From contig MU626315.1 in the NCBI GenBank assembly GCA_025603075.1, forward strand, positions 1-64,000: 64,000 nucleotides of DNA. The letters are read 5' to 3'. Of this stretch, positions 34,212 through 45,629 are shown one piece after another (positions within the stretch are counted from its first letter, which is position 1; every line of letters starts with the position of its first letter). A program made the translations under genes and the position numbers. Below the pieces are notes generated by a model. That model made no database searches. It was not told the DNA's origin and was given only the letters and a program-made list of their open reading frames with translations. Origin of the DNA: Neoconidiobolus thromboides FSU 785 (Eukaryota > Fungi > Entomophthoromycota).

Positions 34212-35507
34212 TGTTTTTTGTTATGGAAACTTAACCGATTAGAGATTAAAAATGATTGAAAAGTATTTTTTAATTAAGTTTAAGCTACTTTGATGTGACT
34301 ATTTCAAATTTGATTGGTTCTCCAATTTTATTCGTCTCCACTTTTAGTGAAGTCTATTACTTGTTTGAAAAAATAATTAAGCTTTTAAATTAACAATATA
34401 AAATCAAAATCTCAATAACTTAATTAAAATGTTATCTGATAAAAATTTTAGTATATATATTAGATTTTATAAACTACTAGAAGTTTACTTTTTCGAAAGA
34501 TAAATAAATGCTAATATTTAATAATCTGATTTATTACTTAAAATAATTTCTTTCTGTAATCTACTTAATGAGTTTACCTTTCTATTTATAATATTAACTT
34601 TATCAGCAATATTTTTATTAACATAGTTGTCACTTGTTGACTTTAACCATCAAATCCAATATCTTATAATAAACACATGTATCATAGCAACATGATTGAA
34701 AACTTGGACCCTTTTTCTTCTATTTATTAAGTCATTTATATGACTCAAGTTTATTCTGGCTATCATTTAACTCGATTGATAACTTTTTTAATTATATAAT
34801 ATGCTTGTACTCTTTATAATATGTATAAACTTATACTGTTATATGGATATATTTATTAAGTTTAGCTGCTTTTAAATATAGGTCCAACAACCATTAGTAT
34901 TGTTTATGCCACATAATCTATTTTCTAAATGATGCCATGGTCCATTTTAATCGTAAGTATATTTAATATTTATTTGATAGTAAAAAGCAGCTAAAGATAT
35001 ATAAAATAAATACTTTTTCTATCAACATTCAAATAAAAGTAATTGATTTCTAAAAGTAGTCAAATTTTACAGCAAAAGTTCAATGTTATTAAAAAATTAT
35101 TCGTTTTGGTAGGGATTACTAACTGAGTAGATAGTAGTTTTCTTTTCAGTGCAAAAATTTCCTATTTTAGACAAAGTTTTATTAAATAATTTTTATTTTG
35201 TTTAGAATCAAAATATTAGCTATTATATACTTTTAGTAAAGTTAGGTTAGGAAGATTGGGATTAGGATCAATGTTTATGTTTAATTAAATTTAATGAGCG
35301 GTTTGCTTGATAAAAATCAATACTTTATCAAAAAAACTACTGTCTATTTAGTCAGTATCTCCTACATTTACTTCACCCTATTTTTTAAAACCATTTAGTC
35401 AATTTCCAAAGCCACGAAAAAAGTAAAAAAATTGAATAAGCATTAAAATTTCAAAATACAAAATTCATCTCTTTATAAAAATAAAGTAAAAATAAAAATA
35501 TTTAACA

Positions 35508-36590
35508 ATGAAAAAAAAAGTAAAATTCAAATAAACAGCTAAGTAAATAATAGACTAATAATTTAGGTCTTATTAATGGGAAAATCAGGCTCTGGAAAGA
35601 CAAGTATGAGGTCGATAATATTTTCCAATTATATTGCCCGAGATACACGTCGATTAGGAGCTACAAGTAATTCCAATTTCAAATATATAAAATTATAACT
35701 TATAGTAACCTCGTAATTATTTTTAGTTGATGTTGAACATTCACATGTTCGTTTTTTGGGCAATTTAGTGCTTAATCTATGGGATTGTGGGGGTCAAGAA
35801 GCTTTTATGGAGAATTATTTTACATCTCAAAAAGATCATATATTTCGAAATGTAGAAGTATTGATTTATGTATTTGATGTCGAATCTAGAGATTTGGAAA
35901 AAGATTTAATTTATTACCAAACGTGTTTAGAAGCAATGGCAACTAATAGTAAAGATGCTAAAATATTTACTTTAATTCATAAAATGGATTTGGTACAAGA
36001 GGAACTTAGAGAACAAGTGTTTCAAGAAAGAGTAGAAGAGTTAAGAGTTAGAAGTGTGCCTATGGAAATTCAAGCATTTAAAACTTCCATTTGGGATGAA
36101 ACTTTATATCAAGCTTGGTCTTCAATTGTTTATACTTTGGTTCCTAATGTATCTAAATTAGAAAAACAATTAGGTAAGTTTTCAAGTTTATGTGAAGCAG
36201 AGGAAGTGGTTGTATTTGAAAGAACTACATTTTTGGTTATTTCTCATCATACTGCTGATAGTTCAAATAATCAAGATATTCATCGATTTGAAAAAATATC
36301 TAATATTATTAAACAATTTAAATTATCTTGCTCTAAATCTCAAGCTCAATTTAAATCTATGGAAATTCGACATAATTCCTTTTCAGCTTTTATTGATGTA
36401 TTGACTCCAAATACCTATGTATTGTTGGTCATGAATGATCCTAGTATTCGTAAGTTGTCCATCTTATTCTAATTTTATGATTCTGATTTAATATACTTCC
36501 TTTATTTATTTAGAATCAGCTGCTACATTAATGAATATTAAAATGGCAAGAACTCATTTCGAAAAATTAGAAGCTAATCAATTACGTTAA
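35508..36590 (+). CDS. GTR1: Rag GTPase Gtr1/RagA, 4 exons
   Basis: MKKK|[33 protein letters not shown]|[43 protein letters not shown]. Confidence 0.97.
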
Positions 36591-36703
36591 ATTTCAATGT
36601 TTCTATTTTATAATTTTATATATTAAAGCATCAAGTATTAATAAGAGAAAAGGGAAGTATTATTTTGTTATTTTATTATTTTTATTATTGAAAAAGAGAG
36701 AGA

Positions 36704-37651
36704 TTAAATATTAGATGAATTTAAATTTTTAATTTTAATCCATAGTAATATTAATTGAATTAAAAAATATTGAGATAAAATTGATATTGGATAAGTTAAA
36801 TAATACCCAATTTTAGATATTAAAGGTTTATTATATTCTTCTCCTTTAGTTTCTATTATATTACCTGATGGAGGACCAGTTACATCTTTATTTAATTCCA
36901 TATTCATCAATTTTATTAAACATTTTAATTCCAGTTTATTAATTTTATTTTTAAATTTCCATTCCCTTAATTTTGTATTATCATTATATTCTTTTATTAT
37001 TGGTATTAAATTTAATTGATAAACTAATAAAAAACAAGTATCATTCATAAATGAAGTACCGAATTGAGTTAATGAAGCGTCTTCTAATTGCCAAGCAAAT
37101 TGTTTCTCTTCATAATGATTTAAATTGATTTTTAAAAACTTTAATAACCCTTTTAAAAAAGAAGAGATACCTAATTGATATTGATATTTTTTTAAATAGA
37201 GATAAAAATAATCTAGTTTGTTTATTAAATTATTATTATTATTATCTTCATCTCGTTTTATTAAAGTTTGAATTTGATTTTCCAACTCTGTATTTAATCT
37301 TTTATTAGTGGATAAATGCCATTCTTCCCTTCTCTTTCTCTTAATCTCTAAATATAAAGTCCGATCTTCAATATATTTCCAATGACCTTTAAAGATACCA
37401 ATTTTATTTAATAATTGATGGATTGATTCCATATCACCTGAAGTTATATCTACTAAACTAAAATTGATAATTTCTTCATTACAAAATTCTATTAAACTTA
37501 TTATCTTTTCACTTGATACATCCCCTTGATTATAAAAATTATCACAAATATTAGAAAATTCCTGTGCATATTTAGAACGTTCAGTTTCATTAGAAATTAA
37601 TCCTTCCCTTTCCATTTGGCTTGAAATCAAGTCTTCAAGTTCACTAACCAT
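36704..37651 (-). CDS. Hypothetical protein (315 aa), intronless, hydrophobic C-terminus
   Basis: Long open frame with ATG in an aacaataaATG context; no family recognised. Confidence 0.6.
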   Translation of the reverse strand: MVSELEDLISSQMEREGLISNETERSKYAQEFSNICDNFYNQGDVSSEKIISLIEFCNEEIINFSLVDITSGDMESIHQLLNKIGIFKGHWKYIEDRTLYLEIKRKRREEWHLSTNKRLNTELENQIQTLIKRDEDNNNNNLINKLDYFYLYLKKYQYQLGISSFLKGLLKFLKINLNHYEEKQFAWQLEDASLTQFGTSFMNDTCFLLVYQLNLIPIIKEYNDNTKLREWKFKNKINKLELKCLIKLMNMELNKDVTGPPSGNIIETKGEEYNKPLISKIGYYLTYPISILSQYFLIQLILLWIKIKNLNSSNI

Positions 37652-38572
37652 TTATTGTTATTATTATTACTGTTATTGAATTAATATAGAAGATTAGATT
37701 AGAGAATTATCAAAATTATTAATATTAGATTATTTAAAAAATAAATCAGTTACAGTTTAATTATCTCTCTTTTAATTGAAATTATAGTCATATTTGTATT
37801 ATTGAAGAGATAAACCAATAAACAAAATTCATAGCTTCTTTTTATTTGCAATTACTACTTTCACATGATTGGATTTATTAGGCTGTTCAAAATATTCCAG
37901 TACAAATTCATGCATATTAAAAAATTAGTTATTGATTGCAACACTATTAAATAATTTATAGCAATATACTAATGTTTTTACAGCTATAAGAAATCTGTTG
38001 TTGCAGCCAGAAATTAACTATCTTTTAATATGAATGAATTTTTACTGAAACATTTCAAATGACTTGATACTTTAAACGATTAATAAGAGGTTGAACTTTA
38101 ATTTTATCTCTCGGTTAATTAGCTTTTATTAGTAAATTGATGGGAAATTTTATTCGCATTTAAATACCAAAGAAATTATTTTAAAAAATAAACGTAAATT
38201 TATTGGTTGATTTGGGATCTATTAGAATTATTATTATTATAAAAAATTAATAAATGCTATATAAAAGGAGAAGTTTATTTTAGTACAATATATAAAGTAA
38301 AAATAAATATTCGATTTGAATTTTTAAAATGCTTTAAGTCAGTAAGCTTTTATAATAAATAGAGCGTCACTTTCCAAACATTACAAACATAATATTTTAA
38401 AAAACTCCACTTCAACCAATAAAACAAGCTCATCTTAAATATTGCTAGGTCACTTCAATTCTTCTCTCATGACATCACTACTTCTAATTTCACCACTATT
38501 TAAATGTCAAAAAAGATATATAAATTCTTAAATTTCAGTTTCAATTCAATTTTATTTCAAAAACAACTAATA

Positions 38573-39643
38573 ATGACAACTACAAGATTTAAAGTCAGTG
38601 ATGATATTGAACTCTCATCCATCAGCACCTACTCCACAGTTCCCACCAAAGAAAGAATCTCCCAGAATAATCTTTTTTCCTCTGACAAATTTGAAGCTTT
38701 TGATAGTCAATCTCAACTAGTTCACCACGATAATTTCCCGCATAAATTAAGTCTTAATGGGTTTGCAGAAACAATTCATTTAGCTTATGATCAACATCAC
38801 GGCTTAACTCTAGCACCTCATCATCTTTGGATTGTTATATTACAAGGATTAGCCATTCATGTGAATTTAAATGGCGAGAAATGTAAGAGCACATTAGGTA
38901 TTCAACATGAGGGTAAAGTGAATTTAGATGTTAGAAGAGATAACTTTGTATTAGGTGAAGATAATCCATGGCAAGAAGTATTTCCTGAATTTGTTGATGG
39001 GATTAATGGTAAAGTTAATAATACTTTAAGTCAATTGATCAGTAAGCCATTTTCTACTTCGGATAAAGTGGCAGTAGCAGTTACAGCTTTAACTATTATG
39101 GATCTATATAAAAATTATTTTACTTATTCAGTTACTACAATGTGTGGTATACCAGAAATTGGATTATTAGGTACAGTAGAAGATTGGGAAGATTTAATTG
39201 ATCGAAGTCAAAAAGTATTAAATCAATTTGAAGATTTAAAATATTGGACTGAAGAATTGATACCTGTATTAAATGAATTTGTTAAAGTTAAAAAGAATAA
39301 TAGTAATGTAAATAAAGAATTCTGGACAAGTTTCTATAAGCCTTCAGGTGGTTCTGGTGGCCCTTTTATTAGAGGTTGGATTAATGTATTTTATCCTTAC
39401 TTACAAGCTGATAAAGATTATGTTCAAAATCAATATATTAATTGGAAACAAGATTATGGAATGTTTTCTGGATTAACTTATGATCAAATACCAGTTGGTT
39501 TTACAAAAACACCATTCACTTGGAATTATTATAATGAAAAATTCAAAATGAATTTTATTGGTGGTTTCCTTGGTACTAAAAAGAGTACAATTAATCAAAA
39601 TCATATTGAACCAGCTATTTCTTGGTTTATTAATTATGAATAA
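38573..39643 (+). CDS. DUF4419 family protein (356 aa), intronless
   Basis: NGFAETIHLAYDQHHGLTLAPHHLW, QHEGKVNLDV, FSTS, YF-Y..MCGIPEIGLLGTVEDW, FW..GGSGGPFIRGWINVFYP. ATG 38573 chosen because a TATATAAA lies at about 38517; the ORF opens at 38504. Confidence 0.88.
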   Translation: MTTTRFKVSDDIELSSISTYSTVPTKERISQNNLFSSDKFEAFDSQSQLVHHDNFPHKLSLNGFAETIHLAYDQHHGLTLAPHHLWIVILQGLAIHVNLNGEKCKSTLGIQHEGKVNLDVRRDNFVLGEDNPWQEVFPEFVDGINGKVNNTLSQLISKPFSTSDKVAVAVTALTIMDLYKNYFTYSVTTMCGIPEIGLLGTVEDWEDLIDRSQKVLNQFEDLKYWTEELIPVLNEFVKVKKNNSNVNKEFWTSFYKPSGGSGGPFIRGWINVFYPYLQADKDYVQNQYINWKQDYGMFSGLTYDQIPVGFTKTPFTWNYYNEKFKMNFIGGFLGTKKSTINQNHIEPAISWFINYE

Positions 39644-39721
39644 TATATAAAATTAAAATAAATTATTATAAGCTAAGTATTATATTATTATTATAATATT
39701 ATATTATACTTTTATTATATA

Positions 39722-41332
39722 TTATTGTTGTAATGATTTGAATTTTTTCGTCCATTTTTTTCTCCTACGTTTAATATAATAGCCATCACAGATAATAGAT
39801 TTTTCAGAATAAAACTTATGCCATTTAAAACCAAATTTATAACCAAATTTTTTAGTACATTCTGGGTGTTCAAAATAATATGATTGTTTACCATCAATAA
39901 TATAAGGGGGAGTATTAGTAGGAGGTAGGCAGAATTGTGCTTTTTTATCGTGTATAAAATATTCATTATTAAAATGATAATAACCCATTTTATTTAATGG
40001 TAAATGGGGTACAATATCATTTTGGCTTACAATTCTCATTGCAGTTAAAGGTAAATGATTAAAATATTTAACAAATTCTTCATTACCTACTCTTGGTTGT
40101 CCATAACTATATAAATGAATTGAATTATAACTTAATTTTAATTCATTTTGTAATCGAATACTTGCTAAACTAGCCATAGCACCACCAAGTGAATGTCCAA
40201 TTAATACAAAAGTATATTGATCTAATTCATTATTAAATCTTAATCTTAATTGTTCTATCATGTCATAAATAATTGAATCTGTTGAACTTAAAATACCAGA
40301 ATGTACTTTAATATTATTTAGATAATCTTGGTTATAATTTGGATCCACAACTTTCATCCTCCTTTTTCTAATATTTAAATCTAATAATTTATTACTTAGA
40401 TTGTCTGTACCACGAAACGATAATAATATTTTATTATTAGTAGTAACATGTATCATACCAAAGGTACCATATCGTCGACTCTTATGAGTAGATATTAATT
40501 TAGCGGGTTGATTTGTATTACATGAATCACAAGTCCATTCTTCAATTTGTTGTAATTTGCAATAAGCTATACTAGCATAATTTTGATATTCCATAGCTTC
40601 ACTTTCATTCCCTAATTTTAAATTATATCCAATGACTGGGTTGATTATATTATTGTTTATATTGTTATTAGTTATTGAATCATTATGTACTTCCACTTTG
40701 TTGTTATAATCATAGTTTGCCTTTGTTACATAGTCATTATTATTATTATTATCAATCGCAACCTCCTTCTTGTCAGTATCCTCATCATCAGTATCAAGTG
40801 TCTTTGTTTTTTCATTATTATTACTATCGGTATTGTGCATCTTTATCACTTTTCTATCATTAACAGTATTATTGATACCGTCAACCGGCATTTCTTTATT
40901 ATCATTACTATCGTCATTAGCGTTGGGTATCCTTATTACATTATTGTTATCATTATTAGTATTAGCAACATCAAATTCTGTCTCATCATCATTATTATTA
41001 GTGGTATTATCTACTTTTATTTCATTATCGGTATTATTGGAACTATCTAACTTAATTTTACCATAAACATTATCATTCCTACTACTATCATCTAACTTAA
41101 TCTTATTACCCAGATCATCAGTGTTGTTACTATTATGCACTTCTATCTTATTAATAATGTTCTCATCTACTCCAACTACCGTCTTGTTAACTACATTCAT
41201 ACCTTTATTAGGCATAAATAAACTTAACTTTGACTTCCCATTTTGAACTAAAGTGAAATAGTAAAACGAAAAACAGATTAAAAGAACTAATAAGAAAGTA
41301 AGACAGACCAGCTTTTTAAAATTGAATTGCAT
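39722..41332 (-). CDS. Class 3 lipase with N-terminal membrane anchor and Asn/Asp-rich stalk (536 aa)
   Basis: YASIAYC, SFRGT, VHSG, GHSLGG nucleophile elbow, YSYGQPRVGN, DIVPHLP, C-terminal His (WHKFY); TM at residues 8-28. Confidence 0.92.
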   Translation of the reverse strand: MQFNFKKLVCLTFLLVLLICFSFYYFTLVQNGKSKLSLFMPNKGMNVVNKTVVGVDENIINKIEVHNSNNTDDLGNKIKLDDSSRNDNVYGKIKLDSSNNTDNEIKVDNTTNNNDDETEFDVANTNNDNNNVIRIPNANDDSNDNKEMPVDGINNTVNDRKVIKMHNTDSNNNEKTKTLDTDDEDTDKKEVAIDNNNNNDYVTKANYDYNNKVEVHNDSITNNNINNNIINPVIGYNLKLGNESEAMEYQNYASIAYCKLQQIEEWTCDSCNTNQPAKLISTHKSRRYGTFGMIHVTTNNKILLSFRGTDNLSNKLLDLNIRKRRMKVVDPNYNQDYLNNIKVHSGILSSTDSIIYDMIEQLRLRFNNELDQYTFVLIGHSLGGAMASLASIRLQNELKLSYNSIHLYSYGQPRVGNEEFVKYFNHLPLTAMRIVSQNDIVPHLPLNKMGYYHFNNEYFIHDKKAQFCLPPTNTPPYIIDGKQSYYFEHPECTKKFGYKFGFKWHKFYSEKSIICDGYYIKRRRKKWTKKFKSLQQ

Positions 41333-42242
41333 TTTTTATATCTTTAATTATTTTATTTTTTTTTGAATCGTGAATTATATTTATACTTCTATATTTAATG
41401 GCTTTTTTTGTTAACATGCATTTCTTGAGATGTTTATAGTTTGATTAACGTATGTGACCTAATAATTATTATGTTGATCTTTTTTAGAGTTTATAAGCGT
41501 ATTTTTGTTTAAAATCCAGACTCTTTATATTTGTATATTTTATATTATAACAGTAGATAAATTGCTAAAAATGCGCTGTAAACCATCTCAAAAACTTAAC
41601 AGTATTTGTTATTATCAATATATATTATTTATTTCAAAAATCAAAACGTCTACTATTCATTTTTTTTCGTTTATTTCAAACTCCACTTTTAATTGAATTT
41701 GATTAACTTGGTGATAACATCATATTGTTAATCATTTTCATTTTTTTTAAACTTTAAGCTGAGTTGAGTGAAAATTATTACCTCATAAATTAAAATTTAT
41801 CGAAACATTGAAAAGCCAATGAATTCTCAAGAGTTTGATTTTGTTAAATATTCAGAGAGATCAAAAAGAGGAAATATAAATACTTGGAAGATATCAATAT
41901 GAGAAAATATTGCATTGAAGAGTATAATACAGGATGAAAAAACTAATTTGTATAATCTTATGAAATGTAATCAGTTTTGATACAAAGCGATGATTTTTAG
42001 GTATATAAGGACAGCTTTTATGATTTTTGATTATAATTTTTCAAAGTTTGTGAGTTTGACTTACAATTTATTGATGTAGCAATATTGAGCATGATAAGAT
42101 ATAGTACAGTATGGTATATGTACTATATTTCTGGATAACTTCGTAGATAGAATACAAATAAAAGTGAAGATGTAAATAACTGGTTATTGCTTCTAGACTT
42201 TTGTAGTGCTTTTTATAGATAATCACAATGAAAAATACATAG

Positions 42243-42348
42243 TATGGAGATGTTTTTTTTGATTTTATTACTTTTTCCATCTTTTGAACGCTATTTAAGT
42301 GGAAGGATTGTTAGTAAAATTCTTAAATGAAAAAATACATCCCCGTAT
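42243..42348 (+). mobile_element. MITE-like element, copy 10
   Basis: tatggagatg...catccccgtat. Confidence 0.85.
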
Positions 42349-43218
42349 ATTAAATTTTTATCTTTTACTAATAACTTCTTAATTATTGTAATTTGAGCTT
42401 TTTAATAATTTAGATTGTTATAAGTATTTTTGTCAATGACACTTATAAATTATAAAAAACAATTCAATAATTAAATTACCTAGAATTACAGATACATATA
42501 GAAAAAACATTCTATAGCTGTATATTTATTCGAAATAAAATATTTTATCTACTATTAAGTTTGGTTTAACTTTTATTCTCATATAACGAAATTCATCATA
42601 AAATAATTAAATTCAACATTTGGTTTTTCATTATGACTCATTATAATATCAGAATACAATAGTAAGTTAACGGATTATAAATTGAAAGCTTGACCTTAAT
42701 ATTTCGATTATTTTAAGTCAATAGACTCCAAACTATAAATGTAATTTATAATTTATAGTCTATACAAAAATTAACAGATACATCAAATAACGCATATACA
42801 TTAAAATGACATATACAAAGTTTATATAAAGACTCATCTATGCATGGTACTTTCATCAGCTATACTTAGTGCATTCAAAAACTCAAAAATTTACTTTAAA
42901 CTAAAATTTGTAAAAACAAATTTAATTCTTAAATATTTTCAATAAAGTTGGTAGCAACTTTTTTGCGACTTTCTTAGCGGTAACTTTTATAATCAGATTA
43001 TTTATTTAGTCAATTCTTTTAATGTCTAATTTGTACCTAGTCATACCTAGAATAGTTTTTTTCTTAAATGGTGGTTAGTCAGGTCGCAAAGGAGCTATAG
43101 CAGCTATAAATAGTTATTTTTTTTATTCATTTTTGGAAAAAACTACTTCAAGTGATTTGTTGGTATGTAAATTGATTATAAAAAATGGAAATATATAAAA
43201 AACTACATTATTATAATT

Positions 43219-43324
43219 ATATAGGGATGTTTTTTTGATTTTATTATTTTTTCCATTTTTTAAGCGCTATTTGAGTGGAAAAATTGTTAGTAAAATTCTT
43301 AAACACAAAAAAACATCTCCATAT
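43219..43324 (+). mobile_element. MITE-like element, copy 11
   Basis: atatagggatg...ttaagcgctatttgagtggaaaaattgttagtaaaattcttaaacac...catctccatat. Confidence 0.85.
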
Positions 43325-43462
43325 CTAATAGCGCTAGCACGTATATTATTCACTTTATTGATAATGATTAGATGATCAATATTTAAGAGATAATATTTAA
43401 GAAAAAAAGGTGTGCAGCACTTTATAGGAGATATTAAAGGAATACTCGTACTTGATCTATTA

Positions 43463-43568
43463 ATATGGGTATCTATTTTTTTGTTTAAAGATTTTACTAA
43501 CAATCTTTCCGCTCAAATAGCGCTTAAAAAATGGAAAAAATAATGAAATCAAAAAAAACATCTGATAT
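43463..43568 (-). mobile_element. MITE-like element, copy 12
   Basis: atatgggtatc...ttccgctcaaatagcgcttaaaaaatggaaaaaa...aacatctgatat. Confidence 0.8.
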
Positions 43569-43748
43569 ATTATAATAGGTGATAATTATTCAACTATTGG
43601 AATGAATTTGTTTTAAAATTGTTATCTAATTCATTAATAAAATTGCTATTTAAATTTTATTGTTTATACTTAAGTTGATTAAATTCCACAATAGTAGTAT
43701 AGCTAAATACTTCAATATATATAATTAATGTCTAAAATTTATTTATAG

Positions 43749-43854
43749 ATATGGTAATGTATTTTTTTATTTTATAATTTTACTAACAACCTTTCTACTC
43801 AAATAGCGTTTAAAAAATAGAAAAGTAATGAAATCAAAAAAAACATCCCTATAT
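43749..43854 (-). mobile_element. MITE-like element, copy 13
   Basis: atatggtaatgt...ctcaaatagcgtttaaaaaatagaaaagtaatgaaatc...catccctatat. Confidence 0.8.
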
Positions 43855-44039
43855 GCTTATTATTTTATATTCTAAAGCTTTGTTAAGTATTTAATTTTAA
43901 TTTTAGTACTTGTTTTTAATCCTCGACTTTATCATTTATTATAAAAATAAGTGTATTATTTTAACTAGTTTTTGCAACTATACTTTATGTAGATGTTTCA
44001 TTAGTAGATTAGATGGCTATATAGTTTTATTTAAATTCA

Positions 44040-44520
44040 AAGGCTATTTGGCTTTTGAATTTAGTAAAATAGAATTGATGGTAGAGGAAGATGTAAGATG
44101 TATAGTTAAATAATAAACGATAACTTCGAAAGGGCAAAAAGCTGCTCATAACAGACTAGTAAAAATCGCTAAGGAGGCGATAAACATAGTTTTATTGAGA
44201 AGGTTAATTGAATGCGGTTATTTTTATAGAAGAGAACCAGAGCTTAGGAAAAACAGGTGGGTAGTAAGTAAGAGGGGAATTCAACATAAATTAAATATGG
44301 AAAGTGATAATGTTTAAAAAATTCAATAATTTATTATGTAAAAAGGATTTTTAGCCCTCTGTTATTATAGTGTGATAAGGATTAAATATTAACGAGACTA
44401 ACCACCAGTGAGGAGAAAAAATCGAAGGGGAAACTCTAGTTTTGTATTTAAGGCCTCTGAAAGGTAATAGAGGTTAGAAGCCTATGTGTTAAACGGTTAA
44501 ATATTTGAAACCTAATAGTA
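44040..44520 (+). pseudogene. Probable decayed LTR-retrotransposon integrase relic
   Basis: Stop-interrupted frames read MVEEDVRCIVK**, ...PELRKNRWVVS, PSVIIV**GLN and RPLKGNRG*KPMC*TVKYLK, in the order expected for zinc-binding end, GNRW, P..IISD.G.NF and YHP..NG..ER.N.TVK motifs. By eye only. Confidence 0.35.
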
Positions 44521-45629
44521 GGCAGTAATGGTCACAACAAAAATGGGATACATAAAAAAGAGTGTAAAAAAGCTAAAGACAATGGTTGTTAGAAGTTGAC
44601 TTTTATTTCCGAATTTTAATTTAGACATATTATCGAGGTTTTGTGTTCTAGTCATACAATGAACATAGATTAAAAGCCTGATTTAATTATCTAATTTTAA
44701 TTTCAGCAAAAATTGCAAATTAAGCACAGGGTGCTACGGAAATAGTTGCTTTTTTGGTAATTTTAAAATAACTAATATAGGGGAACCTTTTCTTCTCCAG
44801 TACTTATCTAGTATTTCTTTCAAAAATTTACGTTACAGGAAATGAACTAGAAAATTGAAATAGAAAGTTTTATTCTTGTTTTAACTGAGCTTTTAAACTT
44901 ACTCATATGTTTACTAATGTGTTGATATTTAGCTATGTGTTTTTCCAAAACATGTACTAACTTAAAAGGCTGATTGCGAGTTTATTTGCATTGTAATAAG
45001 AAGGAAAATAAAGGGGTGGTTTGGTAGTAATAGAGGAAGCTCTATATAAAAAGCAGAATTATCATAGATAAATACCCAGTTTCATTGCGTTTTAAAAATC
45101 AAGATTATTTTATCTAGCTCTATTCAGGTGTCTATAAGGATCATTTGCCAAAAGATTGCTTTTAAGTCTGTTAATAAATAAAAATATGTAGGAGTATAGA
45201 AACTAACAGCTCCATATGGATGTTTTCATTCAAAGATTTATTTGTGTATTTTGATTATAGATACTACAAATAAGCTGTTAGGTCATACATCCTTGATGTA
45301 TATAAAATATGTTAGTAAAACTCTATCTTTTTGACACAGGATCCTATAAATAACATTATCTAATTTATTTAATCAATAGTAACTAGCCGAAATTATCAAT
45401 AATTTATGACTCACTATTGAATCTGGTTAATTCACTTAAAACTGATCAAATTATATTGCTTTGCATTTAATAATAAAAAGGCGGTCGCATCCCAAATGTC
45501 AAAATAATGTAATTTAATTAAAGCATATTCTATTTATAGAATATTAAATTAAATTTTATTTGAAGAACCAAAAAGTATAAAAAGGGTCTAAATTTACTTT
45601 TCAAAAACTAACTATATTTAGAGAAGCAA

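Noticed and set aside
2023-44113. Short ORFs overlapping MITEs or AT-rich spacers (2023, 2975, 42068, 43267, 43910 and similar)
   Set aside because: Non-ATG starts or F/I/L/K/Y-rich translations typical of AT-rich non-coding DNA
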